A DNA stretch of 64,000 nucleotides, taken from the NCBI GenBank assembly GCA_002436205.1, contig DJKT01000001.1:4055-68054 (forward strand), given 5' to 3'. The DNA is from Candidatus Peribacter sp. UBA6535 (lineage in GTDB: Bacteria; Patescibacteriota; Gracilibacteria; Peribacterales; Peribacteraceae). Positions within the stretch are counted from its first letter, which is position 1; every line of letters starts with the position of its first letter. Shown one piece after another: positions 9,733 to 18,712 of this stretch. Both the position numbers and the translations under genes were made by a program. The notes below the pieces were generated by a model. The model worked only from the letters and a program-made list of their open reading frames with translations, was not told the origin of the DNA and searched no databases.

Positions 9733-9756
9733 AACATACCATGTCACATTCGTCTT

Positions 9757-10881
9757 TTACTCCATTCCCATTCTTACACGGTAGATAATTTCTGCCATAT
9801 CCCCACGGGTGAGTTGCTGATTTGGATCGGAGAAAGTGCTGGGTAATCCTCCAAGACGTGCCAGAGCAAAGACGTATGGCTGCCACCAGATGTCTTTACT
9901 GTCCCCTGGACTTGTTCCTATTCCAAAAGCACCAACGACAATCTTTGCGGCTTCTGCAAAGTTTACGAATGCTCCTGGTCTAAATGTGCCGTCTGGATAT
10001 CCGTCAATCACGCCATCTTTCTTTGCAGTGCAGACAAAGTCTGCAAACCAGTTGCTTTGTAATACATCAGAGAACAGATCATTGGATTCACATGTATCAA
10101 TTGCTTCACGTGTAAAGTTAGCAGCGACAATGATCTTGGTAAATTCTGCACGGTTAATACGTTGATCTGGCTTAAATGAGCCATCTTCGTATCCCTTAAC
10201 GATTCCTTCATTCTTAACGAAGCTAATAGAAGTAAAGTTGCTGTGCTCTTTGCCAACATCGCTAAACCCTTGTGATTCTTCTTGCTCATTTGGTTCAGGT
10301 TTGTTCTCAGGTTCTCCTTCGCCATTACTAAATTGACATGGATGCACAAGGTAGTTGATGGGGGTAGTACCTTCGCAACGAGAGAATCTGTCACCATTTT
10401 TACAGCTGTATGGAGTACAGTCCGGTGGAGGGGGTTCATTTTCAGGTTGCTCTTTAGGTAGTACAGCGACAGTGGTTCCATCAAAGTCATTCAGCCATTT
10501 TACCTGCGTATCCGATGCTACAGCTGTCCCAGAGCAGAGCCCTGTATGGTATTGATTGTCGCTTTGGTATGCGAAAATAATTACAGGTTCATCAATATTG
10601 AGAGTAATACCACATGCTGCACTATCGAGTGCTGTATTTATACTAACTAAGGCATCTGCCTTGCCTTTCCATACCTTTTCTATGGCAACGGAGTACTGCA
10701 CAAGGCGTTCCTCAAATTGCACTTCTATTGGTACACCCTGTACGACAAGATCGGCGTTATTGTAAAAAGCAGCATTACGTTCATTCTCATCTTCGTAGTA
10801 CATGCATGAACACGCGTATGCACTCTGGGGAGCTACCAGGGGGGAGAGGAGTAAAGCGGTGAGGAAAAGTGTCTTTCTCAT
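9757..10881 (-). CDS. Secreted protein with an N-terminal TIMP/NTR-like domain and C-terminal SLH domains
   Basis: The signal peptide ends AYA and is followed by CSC. The downstream sequence parallels the TIMP N-domain. The C-terminus has FSDV...GYEDGSFKPDQRINRAEF and FSDV...GYPDGTFRPGAFVNFAE SLH repeats. Confidence 0.8.
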   Translation of the reverse strand: MRKTLFLTALLLSPLVAPQSAYACSCMYYEDENERNAAFYNNADLVVQGVPIEVQFEERLVQYSVAIEKVWKGKADALVSINTALDSAACGITLNIDEPVIIFAYQSDNQYHTGLCSGTAVASDTQVKWLNDFDGTTVAVLPKEQPENEPPPPDCTPYSCKNGDRFSRCEGTTPINYLVHPCQFSNGEGEPENKPEPNEQEESQGFSDVGKEHSNFTSISFVKNEGIVKGYEDGSFKPDQRINRAEFTKIIVAANFTREAIDTCESNDLFSDVLQSNWFADFVCTAKKDGVIDGYPDGTFRPGAFVNFAEAAKIVVGAFGIGTSPGDSKDIWWQPYVFALARLGGLPSTFSDPNQQLTRGDMAEIIYRVRMGME

Positions 10882-10944
10882 AGAAACGACCGATCCAGTA
10901 TAGCGAAAAAGACGGTAGTAAACAGGGGTCTCACTCTATTTTCT

Positions 10945-12210
10945 CTACCAGTTGCCTGTGGTGATTCCTGGGCAAGGGAAGCTCTCACAGAGCTCTTTTA
11001 CCTCACCGGCGATACGGGTGAGAACGGCTTCATCTCCAGCATTATCGATAGTTTCGGACATCCAGTCACCCAGGCGTTCCATCTCGGATTCCTTCATGCC
11101 ACGAGAGGTGATGGCTGGAGTACCAATACGTACACCGGATGGTTTGAATGGTGGGTTCGGGTCAAACGGTACGGTGTTACAGTTGGTCACGATACCTGCT
11201 GTATCCAATGCCTTAGCAGCGTCACGTCCGGAGATGCCTTTGGATGCTTGCGTTTCAAACAGAATCAAATGGTTATCGGTTCCTCCTGTTACCAATCGGA
11301 AGCCGTGCGTATTCAGACGATCTGCAAGTGCCGCGGCATTTGTGACGATCTGAGCTGCATAGACTTTGAATTCATCAGTCTGTGATTCTTTGAGAGCAAC
11401 AGCGATAGCTGCAGTTGTGTTGTTGTGTGGCCCACCTTGGAGCCCCGGCATGATAGCTTTATCGATTTTCTCCGCATGCTCTTCTTTGCACACAATCAGC
11501 GCACCACGAGGTCCACGGAGTGTTTTGTGTGATGTTGTAATACCGGTATCGGCCATTGGATATGGGCTTGGGTGCACACCACCAACAATCAATCCTGTGA
11601 TATGCGATGTGTCTGCATGAAAGTACGCTCCAACTTCGTCACAGATCTCTCGGAATTTCTGCCAGTCGATAGTGCGTGGGTATGCAGTGTATCCGGCAAT
11701 GATCATCTTTGGCTTAACCTCTTTTGCCTGCTCCAAAATCTTATCGTAGTTGAGTAGTTCTGTCTCAGGATCGAGTTCGTACGGTGATGAGTGGTAGGTC
11801 TTTCCTGAAAAGTTTACCTTCCAACCGTGGGTAAGGTGACCTCCGTGTGGAAGTGCAAGACCCATGATCGTATCTCCGTGTTCGAGTACTGCGTGGTAGA
11901 CCGCCATGTTTGCAGGACTTCCGGAGTACGGCTGTACGTTTGCGTGTGGCATATTAAATACTTCTTTTGCTCTATCAATTGCCAAGAGTTCGACGTCATC
12001 GACAATCTGTTGCCCCTCGTAGTAGCGTTTTTTGGCGTACCCTTCGGAATACTTATTGGTAAGACAAGAGCCTGTTGCTTCCATAACTGCGTGAGATGCG
12101 TAGTTCTCTGATGGAATGAGTCGCATCTTGTCCCATTCACGTTTTTCTTCGGCAATGATCAAGTCACGAATGGTAGGATCTGTGTCTTTAAGGGCAGGGA
12201 GGTACGTCAT
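10945..12210 (-). CDS. glyA: Serine hydroxymethyltransferase
   Basis: SENYASHAVMEATGSCLTNKYSEGY and a TTTTHKTLRGPRG-like PLP-lysine region (TSHKTLRGPRG). The ORF extends to a TTG at 12237; ATG 12210 is preferred. Confidence 0.95.
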   Translation of the reverse strand: MTYLPALKDTDPTIRDLIIAEEKREWDKMRLIPSENYASHAVMEATGSCLTNKYSEGYAKKRYYEGQQIVDDVELLAIDRAKEVFNMPHANVQPYSGSPANMAVYHAVLEHGDTIMGLALPHGGHLTHGWKVNFSGKTYHSSPYELDPETELLNYDKILEQAKEVKPKMIIAGYTAYPRTIDWQKFREICDEVGAYFHADTSHITGLIVGGVHPSPYPMADTGITTSHKTLRGPRGALIVCKEEHAEKIDKAIMPGLQGGPHNNTTAAIAVALKESQTDEFKVYAAQIVTNAAALADRLNTHGFRLVTGGTDNHLILFETQASKGISGRDAAKALDTAGIVTNCNTVPFDPNPPFKPSGVRIGTPAITSRGMKESEMERLGDWMSETIDNAGDEAVLTRIAGEVKELCESFPCPGITTGNW

Positions 12211-12347
12211 GGTGGAGGGGGAATGTGCTTTATGCAAAGCACGCTTCAGGGCGCTTTTGATAGCGATTTTCTGAGTGCCTTTCGTTTGGCGAGTTGTCTT
12301 GTTTGCAGAGGGATCGTACCACGATTGAATTTTGATGCAATTGAAAT

Positions 12348-12923
12348 CTATTCAATCCATTCTTGTGCAGTCGCAACGACGTTCATGGGTACATCATGCA
12401 CTTCTACGGGTACATCATTCATTAGCTGGCATTGCAGACAGGTGCCCCAGAGAGGAGTTTCTGGATGGTGCATCTTGTACCAATTGAGCCACGTGTCGTA
12501 TCCACCAGATCCTCTGCCAAGTCGGTTCCTTTTGCGGTCAAATGCTCTGCCCGGCACCAGTACAATGTTTACTTTTTGATCTCCAAGTTCTTGTGCATTT
12601 TTCGGTGGTTCGGGGATTGTAAACTCTCCCGGAGGAAGATCATGCAGGTTTTGTGCTTTGCGATAGATCATCTTCTTATCTGCTCCAGCAAAGACTGGGA
12701 GGTATACCGTATCTCCACGCTCTATCAGTTCTTTTAAAAGAAGCTGAATATCCACTTCGGATTTTAGCGGGAAGTACGCACAGATGGTGGAGCCTTCGGG
12801 AATCTTTTTGAGAAGTACGCGACTGAGTGTTCTTCCTTCTGCTCGCCTCTGGCCATCATCCATATCATCAATTCTCTTCTTTATCTCTTGTCGCAAGATT
12901 TGCTTTTGTTCAGAGTGATGCAT
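12348..12923 (-). CDS. 5-formyltetrahydrofolate cyclo-ligase
   Basis: 191-aa ORF with the VLVPGRAFDRKRNRLGRGSGGYD motif of the 5-FCL family, next to glyA. Confidence 0.85.
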   Translation of the reverse strand: MHHSEQKQILRQEIKKRIDDMDDGQRRAEGRTLSRVLLKKIPEGSTICAYFPLKSEVDIQLLLKELIERGDTVYLPVFAGADKKMIYRKAQNLHDLPPGEFTIPEPPKNAQELGDQKVNIVLVPGRAFDRKRNRLGRGSGGYDTWLNWYKMHHPETPLWGTCLQCQLMNDVPVEVHDVPMNVVATAQEWIE

Positions 12924-12925
12924 AT

Positions 12926-12960
12926 GGGGACTGGTAGCTGGTAGCTGGGGGGATCGGGAT
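12926..12960. repeat. Heptamer-period array GGGGACT-GGTAGCT-GGTAGCT-GGGGGAT-CGGGATG
   Basis: 7-nt periodicity read directly from the sequence, in the spacer between the 5-FCL start and the dnaX stop. Confidence 0.8.
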
Positions 12961-12979
12961 GATGATATGATAACAAATT

Positions 12980-13010
12980 CCTAACTACTAATCCCTAACT
13001 ACTAATCCCT
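12980..13010. repeat. (CCTAACT-ACTAATC)x2 tandem repeat (14-nt unit made of two heptamers)
   Basis: Two perfect 14-nt copies followed by CCTAA. The last copy overlaps the dnaX stop codon. Confidence 0.85.
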
Positions 13011-14490
13011 AAAAAATTTCTGCTGCCGCATCTGCAAGATTTACGATATCTTCTGCAGGGCTTACTGCGGACGCTTCGTTACTGTGTGCTCCGTTTTCCA
13101 ATTCACATTCGAGTTTGAGTTGTGTTTTAAATATTGCTTCTAGTACTTCTTCTATAGTGCGACAGGCTTGCGTCTCTTGTACTTTGTCCCTATGAAAAGC
13201 AGAAGAGAATGAGATGACAACCTTTTTTCCATCGAGGTTTGTTATTCTTCCGTTCTTGAGAGACATCTTTACAGACGCTGGTGTGGTTTGACTCAGAATA
13301 TCCTGCCAAGATTTTTGTATGCTCTCGACGGAGAGGTCGGGTGCTTGTATCACTGCATCTTGTAGTACAGACTCTTCCTCTGGGCTATGTTCTTCTGTAA
13401 CTTCTATAGTCTCTGAAACTTCTGTCACTTCTGTCACCTCTTCTTTCGGTTCCTCTTTTGGTAAGACAATGGTTGGTGGACTTTCTCCAGATTCTCTGCA
13501 GAGGGTAAGTAGTACAGATTCAAGCACGAGGCCTGGAACCGGACTGATGCGAATGTCGCGGATTGCATTGAGCAATACACCTTGTAATGCCAGTAAGTCG
13601 TTTGTGGATTTCTTTTCTTTGATATTGCTGTGGATGGCATCTCGTACGAGACGGAGGAGTTGTCTAGTAAAGACATCCAGTGGCACACCTGCATCTTCAA
13701 CTTTGGCAATACTAGCAAGAATGCCATCACGATCTTTTTCCTGTAGAGCAGTCATTACTTCCTCTACGTAAATCCGACCGGTTGCGCCAGTACGCTGAGC
13801 AACATCTTCTAAGGTAATACTTTCTAGTGAACGCATTTGATCGAGTAGAGAAATAGCGTCCCGCATTCCACCTTCACTGACATGAGCAATACTTCGCAGA
13901 GCTTCTCGATCGATAGTGATGTGCTCCTGATCGGCTATATACTGCAATCTTCGGATAATGTCATCTTCCCTGATATGTCGAAATGGAAAGCACTGGCATC
14001 GAGATTGTACGGTGACAGGGATCTTATTAAGCTCTGTAGTTGCCAAGATAAAGAAGGCGTACGCAGGTGGCTCTTCTAGTGTTTTCAGTAGAGCGTTAAA
14101 TGCTTCTTTGGTAAGCATATGTACCTCATCAATAATATAGACCTTTGCAGAAGCTACCACAGGGGAGAATTGAATCTTTTCTATTAAGTCGCGTACATCG
14201 TCGATACCACGATTACTCGCTGCATCAATTTCAAGCAGATCAACAATATTTCCATCATCCACCGCCTGTTCGATTTGTTTTTTGAGCACAGCATCTTCGG
14301 TGCTTCTCGTCATTATCAATTTTGCCAGTATGCGAGCAACAGAAGTTTTTCCTGTTCCCCGACTTCCTGCAAATAAATAGGCATGTGCGAGTTTATCGCT
14401 GCTTGAAGCTTTTTCCAGAGTACTGACGACGTGTTCTTGGCCGTAGACATCAGCAAAGAGTTTTGGTCGGTACTTGCGGTAGAGAGACAT
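13009..14490 (-). CDS. dnaX: DNA polymerase III subunit gamma/tau
   Basis: MSLYRKYRPKLFADVYGQEHV, AHAYLFAGSRGTGKTS P-loop, and DEVHML Walker B. Confidence 0.95.
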   Translation of the reverse strand: MSLYRKYRPKLFADVYGQEHVVSTLEKASSSDKLAHAYLFAGSRGTGKTSVARILAKLIMTRSTEDAVLKKQIEQAVDDGNIVDLLEIDAASNRGIDDVRDLIEKIQFSPVVASAKVYIIDEVHMLTKEAFNALLKTLEEPPAYAFFILATTELNKIPVTVQSRCQCFPFRHIREDDIIRRLQYIADQEHITIDREALRSIAHVSEGGMRDAISLLDQMRSLESITLEDVAQRTGATGRIYVEEVMTALQEKDRDGILASIAKVEDAGVPLDVFTRQLLRLVRDAIHSNIKEKKSTNDLLALQGVLLNAIRDIRISPVPGLVLESVLLTLCRESGESPPTIVLPKEEPKEEVTEVTEVSETIEVTEEHSPEEESVLQDAVIQAPDLSVESIQKSWQDILSQTTPASVKMSLKNGRITNLDGKKVVISFSSAFHRDKVQETQACRTIEEVLEAIFKTQLKLECELENGAHSNEASAVSPAEDIVNLADAAAEIF

Positions 14491-14509
14491 TGGAGGAGGA
14501 GTATAGAAC

Positions 14510-14569
14510 GGATAGCGGATAGCGGATAGTGGATAATGAAATCAACTGGTCACAAGTCACAAATCACGT
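14510..14569. repeat. Heptamer arrays GGATAGC-GGATAGC-GGATAGT-GGATAAT and GTCACAA-GTCACAA-ATCACGT
   Basis: Located in the divergent dnaX / DsbA-like intergenic region. The GGATAGY/GGATAAT family recurs at 40704-40724. Confidence 0.85.
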
Positions 14570-14584
14570 TACTCTAGGTCTACT

Positions 14585-15163
14585 ATGAAAACACCACTCA
14601 CACTCCTATCACTTACTATTCTTCTTACCGCTTGCGGAGAGGCAGAAGTTTCGATGCGAACACCAAAGGGTAATCCAAATGCCGCAGTGCTTGTTGAAGA
14701 ATTTGCAGATTTACAATGCCCAGCATGTGGAGCAGGTCATACAAAAATTGTTGCACCACTTCTTGAAAAGTATGGAAATGAAATTCGTTTTGAGCATAAG
14801 CATTTCCCACTAAGATCCATTCATCGTTTTGCATTGGATGCGAGTGAAATGAGTGAGTGTGCAGCTGATCAAGGAAAATTTTGGGAATATGTGGATATTG
14901 CATTTACCAATCAAAAAGACTTAAGCCTTGAATCGATTGTTGAATGGGCGCAGGCTCTAGGACTTGATGCAGATAAGGCAGAACGTTGCTGGAAATCTCA
15001 TAGCAAACGTGACACTGTTCTTGCAGATTACAAAGAAGGTCGAGAAAGAGGTGTTGGTGGTACGCCAACATTCTTTGTAAATGGAGAACAAGTGCAGACC
15101 GGACTCGATACTATTAGCGAAGCAATCGACAAGGCCCTAGAGGGAACGATGATGCGCCTTTAA
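14585..15163 (+). CDS. DsbA-family thiol:disulfide oxidoreductase lipoprotein
   Basis: Lipobox LLTAC, CPAC active site, thioredoxin-fold pattern (GTPTFFVNG). Confidence 0.8.
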   Translation: MKTPLTLLSLTILLTACGEAEVSMRTPKGNPNAAVLVEEFADLQCPACGAGHTKIVAPLLEKYGNEIRFEHKHFPLRSIHRFALDASEMSECAADQGKFWEYVDIAFTNQKDLSLESIVEWAQALGLDADKAERCWKSHSKRDTVLADYKEGRERGVGGTPTFFVNGEQVQTGLDTISEAIDKALEGTMMRL

Positions 15164-15744
15164 AATCGTGGAGTCATCTGTGCGAATCCGTAGAGACGAT
15201 CCAACTTTGTATCCCACAGAACGACTGTGCGGTACTTGATGAAGTCCTCTATTTTTTCGTCGAGAACAAAACCCTGTGCTCCGAATGGCACTTTTACTTC
15301 TCCTAGATCAATTGCTGTAATATCAGGAAATTGCACATCTCGAGGATCAACAGTTACTGTCAGAAACGCGTGAACAGAAGGTCCCGGAGTTGTATCAAAT
15401 GTTGGTCCGAAATACACGGTTTTACCGTTAAACACTACCTCTCCTTCTGTGTATTCTTTCATTGTAGTGAACGATCCTTTCATGCCTTTACGCTGTGCCT
15501 TGCGTGCTTCTTTTGCCTTTTTAAGCCAGTACTCTTTGGTGCTATCCACTACCTTTTGCTTTGCTGCATCTTCCAAAAGCGGATCTTCGTAAATTTCCAA
15601 ATTAACCATCGCATCTACCAATTGCTCTGCATATTGTTCCAAATAGAGAGGATTCTCTAGAAGAGCCTTTTGGTCTGGATTGTATGTTCCACCGCAAGCT
15701 GCAAGCAGAAGTGGGGTAATAAGGGCAATGGAGCGTATTTTCAT
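15160..15744 (-). CDS. Lipoprotein, possible DM13-domain protein
   Basis: Lipobox LLAACGG. The C-terminal half (GPSVHAFL...LGEVKVPFGAQGFVL...VVLWDTKLDRLYGFAQ) resembles the DM13 pattern. The assignment is tentative. Confidence 0.5.
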   Translation of the reverse strand: MKIRSIALITPLLLAACGGTYNPDQKALLENPLYLEQYAEQLVDAMVNLEIYEDPLLEDAAKQKVVDSTKEYWLKKAKEARKAQRKGMKGSFTTMKEYTEGEVVFNGKTVYFGPTFDTTPGPSVHAFLTVTVDPRDVQFPDITAIDLGEVKVPFGAQGFVLDEKIEDFIKYRTVVLWDTKLDRLYGFAQMTPRF

Positions 15745-15789
15745 AAAATGATTAAGAAAGAAGTGGGCTTACTATACTGAGAGTACAGC

Positions 15790-17865
15790 CTAATTCAAGG
15801 AAGAAAGAGGCCCTACTGAGTGGTAGGTCATACCATGGCGATCCAGCACACGGGCTGCCCGTTTAATGCGATGATTGAGGCTATAGGCAACATAGGCATT
15901 TTTACCTGCAGAAACGTCTTTGTCGATATAGTTGGTCCAGTACCAAAATGACCACGTGTTTTTGTTGGCATTTGCCTGTTCGACGAACGCATCTACTCCG
16001 CTGTCTGTTGAAAATACATTCTGTGGCCCAACACCTTTGGTGCGAATAGATGGTTGGTTGAATCCGTCAACGAAGTTATTTTCGTAGCCATCATCATGCC
16101 CGGGCCCAGAATGACTGAGGCGCTGTGCAGTTTCTTCTATGGACTGTTTACGCAGGCGATCCTCCAATCCCTCGGTCAAGTATCCGCGCTCCTGACACCA
16201 GGTGCGGTTGTACACACAAGTCGTTACACACTGCAGACAATCTGCCCCATGTGCCAATGCTTTGCTGTACAGTTTTTGATATGACGGTGGAAGCAGTGCC
16301 ATTACTGCATCGATCTCTTCTCGTGCATCGCGTATTTCTTGCGCTGCATTATCTCCTGCCTCCTCGGTGTCACTTTTGTTTCCAAAGGCTTTGAGATGTT
16401 TTTCCATCGATTGTAGTTCTGCAATATCTTCTGCGGACTGCGCAAGTGGCCAGGCAAGTCCAAGGTAATACTGCGCCTCTTCCCAGTTTTCCGTATCCAG
16501 TGCATGTCGTACTTTACCTTTTTTGTCCTGAATAGGAGTGTCTTTTGGGTCGTTAACCTGAATGTGCAGTCTGCGTTCTGCTTCTTCTACATAACTAAGC
16601 CTCTGTGCGTAACTTAAGTTCAAAAACTTATCCTCAGACAGACGTTGTAACCCTTGGGGTACTCGGTCTTTCATCATCTTTTGTTCCACTTGATCGTAGC
16701 GGTAGCGCACCTTCGCCCAGTCTTTTATAAAGTTTTTTAGCTCTTGCAATGTTCGCTGCCCATTGATCACGTGCTCTGTCCATGGTCCTATTTTTGTACT
16801 ACTGATGTATCCAGCTGATACTGCTGCCCCCAACACATTCTTTGTCTCGCTATGCAGTAGCAGCTTACTTCTTTGGAATGCACTCATCGCGGCACGTGCC
16901 TCTGCGACCATGCCTTCTTTTGTATCAAAGTGCAGAGCACGGAACGCGGTATCATCGGTGAAGGTGCTGAGTTTTTTGAATTCTTTTTCGGTAATCTCTT
17001 TAAAGAGGGGGTCTTTCAACACGTCACTTCTTTCTTTATGTACTTTCTTCCATGCTTTTACGTACGAGGGGAATTGCGATTTTACAAAGTATTCTTTTGC
17101 CTTCAGGTTTACAGAAGGATCTTTGAATCTGGCGATCCATTTTTTCATAGAGGTTGAAGAGATGAGCCCTGCACCAACCGCACTTTTGAGGTCTGCTTCA
17201 AATCCTGTAAAGAGTTTCTCTTCACCTTTAGCCAGTGGTAGTGCATTAAGCACTTCGGTTATTAGGCTCTTGCGCCCATCAAATGAAAGTGTTTCGAGGA
17301 AGTAATTGGAGTCTGATATTTTCGCTGCCAAAGCTTTAAGAGCTGGGTCTGCGGAATTTTCCAGAGCACTAAAGCGTGAGTCTCGCAGTATACCTTCTTT
17401 CTTAGAGGCAAGAGCTTGCCGCTTATCCAGGTAGTCTGGAAGTACTCTGAGAATAGAAGACTCTTTCTCTTTGTAGTCCCTACTTTTATCGCGCACCCAC
17501 TTTACCCATTCATCAAATGATCCCTTCGATATGATACCGGCAGATACTGCACGTTGTAGCGGCGGCAGAAAATCTCCATGGTACAAATCCAATGCAGATT
17601 CTAATTTCTTGGAGTAGTCGAGTTGGTACCACTTGTTTGCTTCGAGAATTTTCTTCGTATCTGTTGGAGCAATACTATCGATCCATTGTTTGAGCGGTGC
17701 AGTCTGAGCAGCAGACGCCAGACCCAATTGGTCGTGTGTTACATGAAAATACTGATCGTACTTCTTTCGCATCGCTTGATATAAACCTTGGGATGATGCT
17801 GTTTCTTCAGTTTTTTCTTTCTTATAAGCCGTTCCCGTTGTAGCGCTATTGTATGTATCTGGCAT
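15790..17865 (-). CDS. Large cytoplasmic hypothetical protein with three internal repeats
   Basis: ORF 15790-17901 trimmed to ATG 17865. The motif AVSAG(I/L/Y)IS(K/S)...W recurs three times. No known family recognised. Confidence 0.6.
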   Translation of the reverse strand: MPDTYNSATTGTAYKKEKTEETASSQGLYQAMRKKYDQYFHVTHDQLGLASAAQTAPLKQWIDSIAPTDTKKILEANKWYQLDYSKKLESALDLYHGDFLPPLQRAVSAGIISKGSFDEWVKWVRDKSRDYKEKESSILRVLPDYLDKRQALASKKEGILRDSRFSALENSADPALKALAAKISDSNYFLETLSFDGRKSLITEVLNALPLAKGEEKLFTGFEADLKSAVGAGLISSTSMKKWIARFKDPSVNLKAKEYFVKSQFPSYVKAWKKVHKERSDVLKDPLFKEITEKEFKKLSTFTDDTAFRALHFDTKEGMVAEARAAMSAFQRSKLLLHSETKNVLGAAVSAGYISSTKIGPWTEHVINGQRTLQELKNFIKDWAKVRYRYDQVEQKMMKDRVPQGLQRLSEDKFLNLSYAQRLSYVEEAERRLHIQVNDPKDTPIQDKKGKVRHALDTENWEEAQYYLGLAWPLAQSAEDIAELQSMEKHLKAFGNKSDTEEAGDNAAQEIRDAREEIDAVMALLPPSYQKLYSKALAHGADCLQCVTTCVYNRTWCQERGYLTEGLEDRLRKQSIEETAQRLSHSGPGHDDGYENNFVDGFNQPSIRTKGVGPQNVFSTDSGVDAFVEQANANKNTWSFWYWTNYIDKDVSAGKNAYVAYSLNHRIKRAARVLDRHGMTYHSVGPLSSLN

Positions 17866-17938
17866 GCCGACCAATTGTAGGTAGGCTACGAAAAACCGCA
17901 ATTGGTTTCCGTGGAAATTGTGGTAGGATTGGTTTCCT

Positions 17939-18568
17939 ATGATCCTATCTGACAGAGATATTAGGCAGGCAATTACCGATGGACGCGTAAAAGTCCAATC
18001 TACCCAGCAGGAGCTCTTTCAATATATTCATGCCTCATCCATGGATTTCCGGCTGGGGAATACCTTCAAGCTCTACGAGCACAGCAAGTTTGCGGTGCTT
18101 GATCCTATGAATCCAGAATCTTTTGCCGGCAATATGCGAACGATTACGGTACCAGACGGAGAGTCGTTTATCGTCCAACCGGGGGAGTTTGTATTGGGGG
18201 TTACCCAGGAGCAAATCAGCTTGCCTGATGATCTTGTGGCACGTGTAGAAGGACGTAGTTCACTTGGGCGATTGGGGATTATCGTGCACTCTACAGCAGG
18301 ATTTGTAGACCCTGGATTCTCTGGAACCATCACCCTTGAAATCAGTAACTTAAACCGCCTTCCGGTGGCGCTATACCCAGGTATGCGTATCTGCCAAATT
18401 GCCTTTGAGCAGATGAGTAGCCCCGCAGAAATGCCCTATCACAGTAAACCCTTTAGCAAGTATCAGGGGCAGGTTTTGCCCGAGGAAAGCCGTCTCTCCG
18501 TAGATCCGGAATTTGCCAAAGAAGCGAAGGAATTGCCGATAGGGGAGGAGGTGAAAGTGGGGTCTTAG
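17939..18568 (+). CDS. dcd: dCTP deaminase
   Basis: MILSDRDIRQAI start, GRSSLGRLGI and HSTAGFVDPGFSGTITLE motifs. Confidence 0.92.
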   Translation: MILSDRDIRQAITDGRVKVQSTQQELFQYIHASSMDFRLGNTFKLYEHSKFAVLDPMNPESFAGNMRTITVPDGESFIVQPGEFVLGVTQEQISLPDDLVARVEGRSSLGRLGIIVHSTAGFVDPGFSGTITLEISNLNRLPVALYPGMRICQIAFEQMSSPAEMPYHSKPFSKYQGQVLPEESRLSVDPEFAKEAKELPIGEEVKVGS

Positions 18569-18712
18569 AGCCTTGATATTTGGCTGCAAATATGGTATTT
18601 AAGCGTCTTCCTTTGGCTTAGGCTAGAGGAATTTTGGTCTTTGACAATATGATGGCAGTGTAGCCGTCTTAACGTGTAGTCAACCACTTTTCAGTTCTAG
18701 GAGGTACGACGG

